A stretch of DNA of 55,732 nucleotides, filler included, from Sluysia triapertura (lineage: Eukaryota): NCBI GenBank assembly GCA_046118255.1. It is 4 parts of 4 records of this genome, joined end to end, with 100 filler letters (N's around TTAATTAATTAA, not from the genome) between each part and the next. Parts side by side here need not be neighbours in the genome. Positions count along the whole stretch, not along the records: positions 11,369 to 23,501 come from JBJNIA010136062.1; positions 23,602 to 43,129 come from JBJNIA010060981.1; 2 more parts are not named here. One strand, written 5' to 3'. The position numbers and the translations under genes are program-made. Shown here piece after piece: positions 12,124 through 25,709 of the stretch. The first letter of the stretch is position 1. The number at the start of each line of letters is the position of its first letter. The notes beneath the pieces were generated by a model. It was not told the DNA's origin. It ran no database searches and saw nothing but the letters and a program-made list of their open reading frames with translations.

Positions 12124-12281
12124 TGTTGGGATAAAAAGGACTAAAGTGCCATTTGGTAAAATTGACTATAATAATCTAAAATTGTTAAACGAGGCTGATA
12201 GCTCAGTGGTAGAGCAATCGAACTGCGCATCTTGAGGTCCCGGGTTCGATCCCCAATCAATCCCTTTTATGAAGTCTAACA
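12124..12281 (+). mobile_element. 158-bp TGTT...AACA element containing a tRNA-derived cassette (copy 1)
   Basis: Starts TGTTGGGATA and ends GAAGTCTAACA, flanked by TTAT/TTAT. The internal region ~12192-12264 has an A box (TAGCTCAGTGGTAGAGC) and a B box (GGTTCGATCCC). Homologous to 44295-44443. Confidence 0.85.
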
Positions 12282-12853
12282 TTATTATTAAAACAAAATT
12301 TCGTTTTTTTAATACTAATGTTGAAATCTAAATTTATGTAACAGAAATTAAAGCTTCATTAAGAAATACCTGTAATAATAAAATACTTGTAAACAATTTT
12401 TATTTAAACCAGAACCAAACATTCATAGAATAAAATTTGTAATATATTGGTTATCTGTACCTTTTTATTAACTTCAGAATTGTATTTAAAAAATAATACA
12501 TATTGCTAAGCAAAATTCATGATATAACTAACATATTTGAAATATTTGAATCAGTTTGCAAATATATGTTATTATTTTTATGTAACATATATGTGTTTTA
12601 ATATACATTAACTACATGTTTTAAAATTATAAATATGTTCATATTTTTAAAGTTTAGTAATTAATTTTAGTTATTTTTACGCTCATTAATTTAAAGAAAA
12701 AAGTAAAAAGAATTTTTCGGTATCAGTAATTTTAAATCCATATCATATAGAGTCTTACGTTTTTTCTTGAAATTTCTTTTATTTATTTTATTCACCATAA
12801 AGCTTTTTATTAAACTTTAGTATTTTAAAATATTGTTTTTTAATTATTCAAAT

Positions 12854-15800
12854 ATGGAAACTTTGTTTGATCAAAGCTTTTCACCTTATGCTGAAGTGAA
12901 AAATATTTTATTCCAGCCTAATGCTAATATTGGTTTGATTTCAGAACAGTTAGAGCAAATGAAGGATTTAAAGTTTATTTTTAAAACTAGTTAAATTAAT
13001 TTTTTTAGAGATCCTAAAAACGTTATCGATTGTCTAATTCGTGAACAGTTATTGGTTTATCTAAAGAACAGTGATATTATTAATGCGCAAAACATTCTTA
13101 ATTTATCAATTGATTTGTTGCGTAAAGAATTAGCTAATGCTTCTCTTCCGTTTTTATTATTCAGTGATGTTTTTAACAGTTTGACTATACAAAAATGTGA
13201 AGAATTTTTTGCTTTCCTAGAAGGCTGCGTGCAAAAATTGAAAGATGTATTTTTAAATTTTGTATTAGCTTCAATTAATTTAGACTCCAATTTTTTCGTC
13301 TGGAAGAACCATGTTACTTCGAATTTGCAATGGTAGTTTAATGTTGATTATTGGTATATAATTCTTATTAGACTTATTACGCCGTTTATCAAAATCGCAG
13401 GATACAGTGTTTTGTGGGCGTATTCAAATTTTTCTTTCGCGATTATTTCCTTTAGATGAAAAGTCAGGTTTAAATTTGATGGGCCATTTTAATACCGATA
13501 ACTTGACACCATTCAATACGTTAATTGAGGATGATAAAGAAATTACCGAAGAAATATCTATTGATTTAACTAATGAGTCTCAGCAAATAGAGATTGATGA
13601 AGTTCAATTAAAATCTTCTAAGCAATTTTATAAATTATTTTGGACTCTGCAAGATTACTTTAGGTAAGAAAAAGTATTAATTTATTGTATTTGTAGATCA
13701 CCTAACCAAGTTTATTCAAGCCGAGAACATTTTGATGAATTTTCTAATTGTGTGACTGCTGTTTTACAATTTTTTAGTAAAATTCGTTTTATTGAACCTA
13801 AACAGGCGAAGGTAAATGATAATACAGAATCAAAAGTAGTTAGTGATAATAATTCATCTCTTGATGAGGAATGGGATTCTTTTACAACAGCTGATGTTAC
13901 TTTTACCAAATATTTAACGAATGAAAAATTATTTGATTTACAATTGATAGATGTCAGTTTTCGAAGGTGTTTTATGTTTCAGTTGGCAGTTACATTTCAG
14001 TATCTTTTACTACAGCCTTGCAAATTTAAAACGTTAGTTGTAATTGAACTTTAATAGCTAGAAGTATTTTTGAATGTTACTTAATTGATTTAAAATATTT
14101 GTACATTAAAATGTGAAAGTACCAATAAATTTTTTATTCCTTTAAAAGTAACGATGCGCCATTTTTATTATGTATTTGAAATACATAAAATAGGTGACAG
14201 ATTTTGTAAAGATGCAAAGTACCCTCTTAGAAAATAATAATGTAATGAAAAAGTTATTTCTTTCTAAAAATTAGTATTAATTTGTAAAAGATTTTGTTTC
14301 GCTTTACAATTAGAATTCAACGTATTTTAAATTAAATGAGTTTATAAATTGTCTATAAGTCATGAAGATGGGGATTGAAGTGGCATCTTTTACATTTTTA
14401 TAATTATTCAAAATTATTTAAGCTTAAACGTAATCTGTTTTACAAAAACGGACTATTTATAATTCAATAACAATTTTAAAATATTTATTATATTTAGATA
14501 GTGTACTTATTACATAGTAATAGAATTGTTCTCCAACAGTTATAATTGCTTTTGAGTAAAATTGTTTGAATATCAAAGCGAATGCAATAAAATTGCGTGA
14601 AACTGAATAACATTGTTTCTTTAAATTATAATTATTGTGATTATCACTGTAAAATTTCACTTTATATAGTGTTTAATGATATTGCACCAGAATAAAACTT
14701 TTCATTTCAATTAACTATAATATTAATTAAATTATTGCTTAATTAACTAAATTAAATTTTGGATCTTCATAGTTTAGGATTGTATTACAATTGAATAACA
14801 GTTGTAATAAGAACTGCCTTTAAATTGGCCTAATCAATAAAACAAAATTATTGCTTCTTAACGATTACACATTATTTCATGTTGCCTTACAAATATTGTA
14901 ATATTTAGTTTTGTCATACTTAAGCCTCAAATATCTTCAGACCAGACCAAGTTTTGAGTGCCAATCAAAAGATATGGGTTGAAACAGCTCAAAAAGATCT
15001 TTATAAATTGATTAATGACAACTCATGTGATTTTGAGCCATTTTCTAAGATTGTCGATCAAGTGTTATTACGTGAAGCTGTTAAATCACGTTGGAAACAA
15101 GAAGGATGTCCAAGTTTTGTTAAACGAATCAAAACTTCAGATTTGAGTGCTGGTACTGATGGTTCAGTTAAACCCAAGTTATGGTCAGGTGGTCGTGCAG
15201 ATATTCGGATACCCACTAATGAAAATGGCCAACGAGTAGTTTCATTCGACAGTTCTACCGAACTAGGACGGTTGTGGAGGTTAACACCAGATCATTGGAT
15301 GGCATGTCGATTACCTGAAAGGGTTCAAGATATACCATTACATCAACGATTTGCACAAGTTCAGCAAGAAATTAAAAATGGCCAATGCAAAAAGATTTAT
15401 GACGAAAGATGGTCCTGGAGTGCTTTACATGTACTTAGTCGTCGATCTGCTTTCTTTTATAATAATTGGGCTACACCAGGTTTGTTTACTTTACTTTCAA
15501 TGTTTCAAAGTACTATAATAATAATTATTATTATAATTATAATTTTAATTACAGATAGCCCTCGTTTCACGTCCCGTTTTACGTTGTTTCGTTATAACGT
15601 CGTTAAAAATTAAAAAAATTTAAATGATCCAAATTAAAAGTTTAAAGAATTATTTTTTGCATAGGTACACTTGGCCTGAATGTACAAAAATGTGTTTCCT
15701 TCCAATATTATAGATTTAGTAGGAGAAGTTGGGTTTAACGAAGTGGAAAAGGATGATGTGATTGGAGTACTGGATTCTCATGGAAAAGATCTATCAAATA

Positions 15801-18800
15801 AAGATCTGTTAGCACTTAACTTACAAAGAATAAAGGAAGAACTCGTCTACTGATAATAAATTAATAAACAAAAAAATTATCAGAAGCTTAATCTATTAAA
15901 AAAGGAATTGATATAATTAGTGAATATGATCCTAATATGGAAAGCAGTATTAAGTGTTGAAGATACTTTATACTTTTACCAAGAAATTTATAAATAGGAT
16001 TGAAGGAAAGCTGTCCAAAGAAGAAAGAGTAAACCTTTTTGGTATAAAGCATTAAATATTGTGTAATAGTGATTAGAAATAATCACATTTCTAAATATCT
16101 TCGAATTATAACTGTAAAATGAATTGTAATCGAATATGCCTCTTGAAGTTTAAACTATTTTGTTAAATTTCGATTTATTCAAGATAGATCAATCCCATTT
16201 TTATATAACACTGTTGTATATTGCATTTAAAGTTCTCAATAAATGTATTACTTAACTAATTTTGAAACATTAAAATGTAAATCAAATTCAAGAAATTGAT
16301 CCATACAACGTAATCGTAGTATATTACCATCATACGCTTGTATTATTTGTTTTTTGAATATTTTAATTTGGAAGTGCATATCAATTCGATTAATATTTTC
16401 AATGTTCTCTTTTTCAAAATTCGTGACAAATCAAATTATTGCTTTCATTTTACTTTATTTTCAGTCAAAGTTGTATTTTTTTGAATTATAAAATAATATA
16501 AAGTAATAAAATATTCGATAAAATAATAACAAAATATTCAGTAAAATAACAATAATAATAGAATATTTAAAAAAATAATAGAATATTTCATAAAACGTTT
16601 AATAAAATGAAAAAATAAATTTGAATAATTAATTTAAATTTAAGATTTTTATGTAAAAAACGTTGTTGAAAGTTGAATGTAAATTGATAGTTTTCGTGTA
16701 AAAATAGTGTTCTGTTTGAAATGAGAAATTGAAATTTTAAATCGGCACATTAATATAATTTAAAATTAAAAACAGATCTGACTTTGTGATAAACTGTAAA
16801 AAACAATACATTTATGAATTCACTTATTAATTCCTACTTATCAATCTGTCAATTCGATAAAAATAGTTGAATCTATTATTATTGATTGTTATCCAGAATT
16901 AATCAAGAGAAATAAAGTTTTATTTGATTAAGATGATACCAAACTTCACATGTTGAAATTAACAAAGAAATGATTAAATTGTCTTGATTGATGTGAGTTA
17001 ATTCGAGTTAATTCTATAAGCAGCTTATTGTTGCTGCTTGGGACATGAGAGAAATGTTAAAAAGCAAAATTTTTAAGCTTACACAATTAGAATGAAAATT
17101 ACATTGCATCAATGAATTATTTTATTAAAATAATACGCAACAAATAATAAATAAATCTATGTATATTTTGATAAATCATAAAGCCTAAAATCAAAATTTA
17201 TGGAAAATGAAAGCAAATCTTTACAAATTGTCTTTTCATGTGATGCACTGCTGGTGAGAAAAAACCTTAATCAAAGTATCCGAATTCAAATAAGAAAGAG
17301 CTTAAATTCAATAACTTATATTTTACGAAATACTGCGAAACATTTAGTTGCAGTATTTAGGTCAAAAACTTAACCTTTAAAGTGTTTTCAAAATGACAGT
17401 TAATTTTTAAAAGCAAAGCCGCTTTTTCTTAATTTTTGAAAAAAATCAAACAAGAAAAGTTGTTTTTTAGATTGTGTTGGTTTATATTAAGGTTGTGAAA
17501 TCTAAACGCATAAAGAAATGAGTGTGTGTAAAAGAGTCAAGGTTGAATCTAAATTTCTAGTGTTGTGTAAATTTTTGAAAGCATATTATTATTTGTAAAT
17601 TGATTTTGAGTTTTGATTCACGACATAGTTTGAATAAAATAGCTCATTTTTTTCGAAATTGGTACATTACTTTTTGGACTACTGAATAATGTTACTTATG
17701 TTATAAAATCTCTTCATTTTTCTGTTTAGCATTTATCTATAAGTAAATGCTACTTCTGTTACTTCATTAATTGCATTTTATATTCTAATAATATGATATT
17801 ATAGTTTTAAATATTCAGGTCAGCCGTTGAATGCATATTTATCTGCCATATTACAACACGATAGTCAATTAAATATATCAAAATCGAATTCTAATTCTAC
17901 TGCTACTAAGTCAATAAAGTCAGATAATAAAGACAGTAATAAAGACAGAGACAGTACTGATTTGAATAATAGAATCGATTCGAGCGATGATCAAATAGAT
18001 TCATCTAAAGTAAGTCTAAAAAATAAAAATATTTAATTTTAAAGAAGTTAATAAAAAATTTATGTGAAAGTATTGTTTGTGGAAATATAGTCAGTTTCTG
18101 AGAGTTGACTAAAATTACAAAAATTGGGTTCAATTTCGGCATCAATTTTGAAACAACAACTTATGCTAAACGTATCACAAGATGCTTCAATTTAACAGAA
18201 AAAATATTTTGAAAAGTAACAGTTACAAAAAAAGCTTATAGAAAATAATATAAATTTGAAACAAAATGATGGATTTCATACCTGGGTATAAAAAAGTAAG
18301 GGTTATTTTCAAAGTTATGTTCACATGGATTGATGATATAGAATGCTTTATTATAGAAGCTGTCTTATAAATTAATAAAATGTGTTTACATTAAGTAAAA
18401 TGAATATATGTCATCTATCAACTTCAATGACAACTATTTATGTGCTCAAATATCAACGTAATGAAGTAGTCTCAGTTAGTTCATGAAATTTGCAATAAGT
18501 CAGTAAAGCATTTAACACACTTTAACCATTTACTTTATAAACTTACTTTGAATATCTTGTCTTAATTGTTGCCTAAAAATAAGAATAACAGTAGGTAAAA
18601 ACTAGAAATAATTTAAATCGGAGCAGTACGATTTAGGAATCGCATTACATAACGATTAGGTAAACATGATCTAATATTGAAGACAAATTATAAAAAATTG
18701 AAATAAACGTACTTGATGAAAGGAATTATAATGATGCAGACAAATATATGTTTGTCATTATAATTCTTTTCAAATACGCATAATTTTGAAATAAAAATTA

Positions 18801-18990
18801 TTTGGTCTAGGAACATGATACTGAAAGTGCGGAAGTGAGTAAAGCCGATTCTCAGGCAGATAATATCAGTGCTAGTGATAAAGCAATGGGAGTTGATGAA
18901 GAATATGGAGACGATGTGGATGTTATGCATGAGGATGATCATATAGAATCTGATTCGGAGCATGTGAGTGATGATGTAGAAGCTAATTAA
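12854..18990 (+). CDS. THOC1: THO complex subunit 1 (Hpr1/p84), 8 predicted exons
   Basis: Phase-consistent GT-AG exons: 12854-12972, 13009-13246, 13284-13332, 13372-13663, 13697-14032, 14941-15479, 17819-18009, 18811-18990. The spliced product contains [63 protein letters not shown] and WKQEGCPSF, which match hallmark THOC1 motifs. The last two low-complexity/acidic exons are less certain. Confidence 0.93.
15552..16010 (+). mobile_element. Tigger1-like remnant inside THOC1 intron 6
   Basis: TA-CAGATAGCCCTCGTTTCACG TIR-like start. Coding remnant VGFNEVEKDDVIGVLDSHGKDLSNKDLLAL...EYDPNMESS resembles the Tigger transposase C-terminus. Confidence 0.65.
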
Positions 18991-20253
18991 GATGTCACAA
19001 TATACAAATATATAAATGATTTCATTTGTAAATTTTTGTGTTATATTTAATATATTTGTTCTGTGTTACGCCTACACTATATTTACTTTTACATTCTAAT
19101 CGAAAATAATCTTTAATAAAGAAAATGATGTTATTTAGAGTTCGAGAAAATGCATGTTATTTTTAGAATTTTTGAAGTTACATTATTACCAATCAAAGTC
19201 TCCACTGGTGTTTATAATTTATTGAAATTCGAGTTCAAATATAATAGACGAAAAATATTATTTATAATTTAGGATAACTATATGAGACTTGACTTAATTA
19301 CAAAATTGTCTATTAATTATGATCTCGTTTTGACTTAATTGAATATAAATAAAATTAAATAACTCACAATTTGAGGTATTAAGAACTTACTTTTTAAGAT
19401 TGACTCGCCTATCTGTTAACATAAACTTAACATTAATGATGTATTATATATTTTATCGAACATGAAACAAGACATTCTGTAAGTAAATACGTAATATAAA
19501 ATTAGGTAATAACACTAATTGAACACTGAATATATAGCATAAGATGATAAAGAAGATGTTAAGAGACGTTTAAAGTATTTAGCATTACAACTTTTCAAAA
19601 TAAAAAATGACAAATTAAAAATTTTAAAATTCTTAAATTTGTTTTATAATAACTAATTCGTTGTTTTGGGTTGTCGGCACTCATCATTTGAGAAATAATA
19701 ATAAAATTAAAAATTCAGTTTTTAATAATAAATTATCTACTCACTAAAATGAATAGATTAAAATAAGTATTTAAAAAATTAAAGTTAAATAAATAATAAA
19801 TTAGCTAAAAAGTGAACATGGTTGAAAATGATTTTTTTGATCAAAAAAGGCTTTATACTTAAAACCATTTTCAATAACACTCACGATTTAATTTAGACTT
19901 TAGTAAGTTTAATCTTTATCGTCATGAGCAAGTCAAAATCTTAAAATTACGAAGTCTATTTGATTAAAGGCCTAAGGGTTTTAATAGTAAACTTTCGAAT
20001 TTAATAGGATCATATATCTAACTCAGTTAATAGAGTTATTTAATTGATTACCAGTTGTACTCGGATATTATTTGATTTTTTCGTTGTACGTTTGACTGAA
20101 TTGAACTTACTCGTTTTAATTGTTAAAGTATTTACTCTAAAGAATTATGGAATTTTTACACAAAATGGTTTTAGTAAAAGAATAATTTTGACGAATTCAA
20201 ACTATTAATTATTTAAGTTAGTACCACAGAAGTTAGACAAAAACCTACAGTTA

Positions 20254-20340
20254 TGTTGGGCTGTAAGTAAGAGATAAGAAAGAGGCAGAATTACATAATG
20301 AAGGAAGAGTTGATACGAAGTGATATGTAAAGATGTATTA
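20254..20340 (-). mobile_element. inverted end fragment of the same family
   Basis: Starts TGTTGGG. AAGGAAGAGTTGATACGAAGTGAT is nearly the reverse complement of ATCACTTCGTATCAGTTCTTCCTT at ~12021-12044. Confidence 0.55.
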
Positions 20341-21193
20341 TATTTACGTTTATGTTATTTTATAAATATTATTATTATTATAATTAATTAAATTATAAAA
20401 TTAAATAAATTTTATTAAATGTGTTTAAATAAAATAAATTATTTATTTTAATAAAGAATTGTTTAAATGGAATAAATTATTTATTTTAATAAAGAAAACT
20501 ATTTATAGCAATAAAAGAATTATTTTTAGTAAATATTAATTTTTAGAAAAAATTATTTTAATTATTATCAAAACTCGTCTGCATTAGTATAAATATAAGT
20601 GCATAAATTACAACCAAACTCAACAAGAGTTATGAGGAATTCAGAACAATAACAAGCGATTCAAAGGAGATTTAAATATGCCTATAACGTTAAAGGATTT
20701 AAAGTAATTTTTTATTAATAAGTTTGTAATATCACTCTACGTGGGATATTTAAAATATTACTTAAAATCTTAGAATAAATTTTCTTCAACACCTTAAAGA
20801 AAGGGTTGAGAAACTATAATTTAAAATCCTTCATTTAATCAATCCCAGTATTGAATTATATTAACGTCGTATTATTATTATATAACTGCTTGTACGATTT
20901 AATATTTTTTTAAGTAGAATAAATCATTAGTGACTTCAATAAATTTTTGCCTTTTGAATTTACAAGTTAAATTCGAGTTTTTGTGAAAATACAACTAAAT
21001 AAAACATTAAAATACGAATTTTCATAACAACACCTTAATTTAAGGGTTGTGTAAAATCAATAAATTAACATTTTTAATACAACATCTCAGTAAAAATCAA
21101 AAATCCTAATAATACGTCTCCAATTTTGGTATAAAGCGTATATATTAGGCGAACCGACTCTAGATAATTTGCTTAAGTTAAGAAAAACACTAG

Positions 21194-21232
<39 letters not shown>

Positions 21233-21349
21233 TTTGCTTCAATGTTATTTTATTTAGAGAATATTGAAAGAAGTTAAATATAGATCAGCGATAATGAAAA
21301 CAAGAAAAGAAATATTCAAAGAATTAAGCAATTTGTAGAAAATTGAATG

Positions 21350-21750
21350 CCCACCATGTACAACTTTTATGCAATTGAGTTTAGAAGTAGAATAATTTCT
21401 GCTTTTAATGAAGACAAGACTGATAGACTCAATTGGTAGGAAAATTATTCATACTATCATAAAGAATCGGTAAAGAGATTTATCAATATACTTAAACATT
21501 GAAGCTACTTCGGTCAGAATTATGTCCATATTTCTTTGCAAGTTCAGTAGTGAAAAAATAAATTTAAAAGTCCTGACTTAGTCCAGAATGAATTTCGTTT
21601 GTTTAAACATTTAAAAAGGCTCTCAATATGGTAAAAAAATTAATACTTCTTCTGAATTAATTCATATTTTCAAGAAATATTTTGCAAAACAACCTAAAGA
21701 ATCTTGAAGAAGTATTGAAAAATATTACCTAAATATATCTGAAATTGTGT
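21350..21750 (+). mobile_element. highly decayed mariner/Tc1 remnant
   Basis: SPDLVQNEFRLFKHLK at ~21569-21616 resembles YSPDLAPSDFHLFxxLK. Confidence 0.45.
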
Positions 21751-23601
21751 TTTATATTTATTAATGAATGTATGTAATATGCGTATTATCATTTATTATA
21801 ATTACTAATATTTTAATTTATGAATAATTTAATTAATTAAATAAAAATTAATTGTTCCTTTTTAATGTTTTTTTGTTCTTAATTTAAATACATTTTTATA
21901 TAAACCCTAGCACTAACTCGTTTTAATTTAATTTAGACTACTTGAAATAGAATAATTATTTTGTTTTCAAAAAATTATTAATTTAATTAGTTATATTCTT
22001 ATTTCTCAATTTTTCAATTGAATTATTCAATAAAACTAAGAAATTATGTTATTTAATTGAAGTTTTATATTGATATTTATAATTTAAATTTGATGATAAA
22101 AACAAATGAAAATAATTTTAAATTCAATTTTAAAAGCAACCAAATTTAATATTTTGTATTTATTTAATAAATGACAAGATAAATATATAAAAATTATTAC
22201 GAAAATATTTATTTCCTTGTCTTTGAAAACAAAACTTCTTTATGGTTTGATTCAGATAGTCTGAAGAAGTAATGTGTTGACAAAAAGTAGGTGTATTATC
22301 CTTCAGAATCTCGAATATATATTATTCATCTCAGTGACTTTTTGATTAGTTTGAAATGAATCGAACGGAGCTATACCTCTTTAGTTAACTATTGTAGTAT
22401 ATTTAAGATCTATGTTTTGGCCATACAAATAACTGTACAGCAGAAACGATTATGCAAATCATTGTTCTTATTTAATCCTCTAAAACAATATGTAACATGA
22501 CTGACAAACTTGCAGAAATACGAGTGGGACCAATTGGTTCCAGTGGCGGCGAAAGAGTTAAGAATATGTTAATAATTTTACTAATTTGCAATAGCTTTTA
22601 ATAAGTCTTCTTGATGTTAATTTTTACAAAATTCAAGTAAAATTTTGAAGCAAAATTTATTATCACTTATATATTATCAATTTGCAATCACAAAAAGCAA
22701 ATGTCAGACGAAAATATTTTGATTTAGTATAATTTTATCAATTTTTCAAAGAATATAAAATACTACTGTCTTCTTAATTTTTGTATGTGTACGTGGTGTG
22801 CCAAAAAAGTAAAAAGTACCTCATGGGAATACATTTGAAACAAACCTATTCACTTTTAAATTCGAAATATTAAAACTAAAAGATTTTTTTATTTATCTTC
22901 GAATGACGTTTAAACAGAAATTCAAATAATAAAGCAATTTTGCAGTTATTTCTTCAAACATAAGAACGAGTTTCTTGCAGTGAAACACACACCATATTTC
23001 AGGAATATCTGTTGTAATAATGTCCACAACTGTCACCTAAAAGGTGCTAAACAAATGATAACTTCCACATTACAAGCACAAATATATTTTAAACATTTAT
23101 TAATTTCAGAAAGATTCGTCGCTATAGTGAAGTCAATTTTTTAGGATTTTCTTTGGTTTTCGTACACGATAAAAAACAATTAATTAAATTAACTATAAAA
23201 ATAGATAAATTTATAGAATATTATTTTCTTGTCTTGTGTTTCAGTAGTTGTTCAGTGTTTAATTTTCTCAAAATATCAATTTTCATTTTATTTTTGTTAA
23301 TTTTAATTCAACATTTTACTTTAATTTCATTATTTAAATAAAATAGCAACTAAACTTTAATTGAGATTTCAAAAATAAATATTGTTACAAAATTTGTATA
23401 TTTTTTATTTATAAACAATATTATTACAATATACATTGTATCTGTAAATTAGACATGAAATTTCAGTAGAAATATATTTATTTTCTGTCAAATATTTTTA
23501 TNNNNNNNNNNNNNNNNNNNNNNNNNNNNNNNNNNNNNNNNNNNNTTAATTAATTAANNNNNNNNNNNNNNNNNNNNNNNNNNNNNNNNNNNNNNNNNNN
23601 N

Positions 23602-23675
23602 GCCCCGTCTAACAATTTCATTTTCAATATATTCAATTACACTACTTGGCACTTTTTAGGCCTTTTACCCCAACA
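23602..23675 (-). mobile_element. 5' half of tRNA-containing element (copy 3, truncated by assembly gap)
   Basis: The reverse complement reads TGTTGGGGTAAAAGGCCTAAAAAGTGCCA...AATTGTTAGACGGGGC, collinear with copies 1 and 2. Confidence 0.8.
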
Positions 23676-23748
23676 ATAAGATAAGCTGTGAAAATAAACT
23701 AAAACTGTACAAGTTCACAATTCTTTAGTATTCACCTATTCTTAGAAC

Positions 23749-24190
23749 TGTAAATATATCGAGAATGAGAAAGTTAAGGATAAGGAAGTTCATGTCTTTA
23801 TAGTTTGAAAGATTTATGTTTTGAATAATAACAGTAATAATAGTAATAATAATAATATTATTGTTGTCATTGTTACCATTACCGTTTTCATTTCACATTA
23901 TTTTAAATAATGATTTTAAGTATTGATAAACTGAGTAACTACCACTACCAGTGGTTACATCATCGATTCACAGTTATAGTTTGATGTTACTACTGATAGC
24001 GGTTGTGTATTCATCACACAAAAATTCGTATACTAGTTAACCTGCCATCATTTCGACATGCACATTTAATCAATTAATGTTGCCTTACTAACTGCCGACT
24101 GATAACAGCTCCTTACATCTACCGTTCATTAGTGTTTGTACATGTTTTGGTGTCTGCCCAGTTTTGTATTTTGATTGGGCAGTCACTATA
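23749..24190 (+). promoter_or_regulatory. shared upstream module B
   Basis: AAGGAAGTTCATGT..AAAGATTTATG, AAT tract, three 10-13-mers identical to module A, and an inverted CTGCCCA/TGGGCAG overlapping a reverse CCAAT (TGATTGG). Confidence 0.55.
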
Positions 24191-24317
24191 ATTTCAGTAG
24201 ATTTCGCTTCAAAATTTATTTTTAAACACAATTTAACGTTTTTCTATTAATAACAAGAGTTAAAAATTAACATAACTGGCAAATATCTTCCAGTGATGAA
24301 GTAGCAATAACGAAACT

Positions 24318-25524
24318 ATGAAAAGTTACAATCGTGGTGATGTTTTAGAGTTAAGATCTCGTCATAAACTAAATTATGTCAATGAAAAGAATTAAAACAA
24401 ATTTAACGTGATTAAAAAGGAGTATGTAGATTTGGAAATTAAAATGATAGAATTTAATGTCCAAAACGAAATAACGTATAACGAAGAACATAAAGTAACG
24501 CGTTCTTTTTTTATCAAAGCTGATATCATCCAAACGTACAATCGTTCGACGAGTGTAATTCAAAATCAAACTAATTCGATCCTAAACGACATCAATTCTA
24601 ATGAAAGTCTAGAATGCAAAAACGTAAAAAATATTAGTTCATGAGAAATTTCAATTATATGTAGAGTCAAAGAAAAGAAACAAAAAATTGAAGAATGAAA
24701 ATAAGAAATTATCAGATGAATGTCTGAAATTCAAGCAAATTATCATATGTATGAGTAATAAAAGTGATGATATTAGATATGAAACTAATCAGTTACACCA
24801 ATATTATCTTCGCCAAATGGAAATACCTCAAAGTAAAACTATCAAGTACCGTCAGTCATTAGTAGAGACGTTAAGCCAATGTAGAACAAAAAATTCCAAA
24901 TATGTTAAAACCGAACAAAATAGAGTGTTGATAATCAAAATACAAAGTAAGTATATCGAATGTAAAAAAAGAATTAAGAATATGATCAAGGATATTATTA
25001 TGTCAATACAAGTGTTTCTTGAAAACCTTAAAGAAAGATGACGATTTACGAACGAGAAATCAAATAAATCATGGGTTCATACTGCAGCCGCCTATTATGA
25101 TTAAAGATTCCAAACGAAGTTTAATTAGTATGAAAATAAATTTACATGACACACATGATTGCTCAAATCAAGACATCATTAGTTACAAGAAGTCAAAATT
25201 GAATCTAGATTCAAAATTCAACAAAATCCTAACACCGTTTATCACCACAATGCAGTTTCTCTATTACAATCTATGATCAAATCTACGAATTTCTCCCGAT
25301 CAACTGAAAACGTAAACAGTCAAGAACGTGCAATTGGTAATATTACAATTAAGCTAAAAGTAATTTACTTTGTTAATGTATTTAGTGTAAACAGAGATAT
25401 GAACTTTCAATCTTATTCTATTATATTTTTTAGGACTTTTGTTACAATCAAACAGAAACATGCTCTCGGAAATATCAAAGGAATACAAATTGTGAATATA
25501 AAATATAAATATTTTTTGTCATAA
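24318..25524 (+). pseudogene. fragmented orphan coding region, K/E/N-rich and coiled-coil-like
   Basis: Four consecutive or overlapping same-strand ORFs (24408-24644, 24688-25041, 25019-25276, 25273-25524) follow an ATG at 24318 and are followed by AATAAA. No recognisable domain. Confidence 0.5.
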
Positions 25525-25709
25525 TAAAATTTTTTGGAATTTATCTTGTTTTAATTTAGAATATAAAGAAAGACCTAAGTTTCAAAAAATATTGTTTTTG
25601 CGATCGTCAACTATTTAATTTTGTCAAAGAATAATTTCATTGATGCACTAATTAATATTAAACTAAAATCTTTAATTAATTTTAATAATATTAATACACA
25701 ACAATTGTG

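Noticed and set aside
12192-12264. Functional tRNA gene
   Set aside because: The anticodon and acceptor stems do not pair properly, and the sequence is embedded in a repeated element with TSDs.
12896-12916. Possible 21-nt micro-intron (GTGAAA...TTCCAG) in THOC1 exon 1
   Set aside because: In frame, stop-free and shorter than every supported intron here, so it cannot be distinguished from coding sequence without RNA data.
13057-13909. Minus-strand ORFs overlapping THOC1 (also 18688-18963, 8252-8515, 24369-24569, 39881-40310)
   Set aside because: Antisense shadows of real or decayed coding sequence on the other strand.
22200-23150. hAT transposon remnants (CAGTGGCGG at 22541; also 33200-33800)
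   Set aside because: No paired TIR, 8-bp TSD or convincing transposase motif was found.
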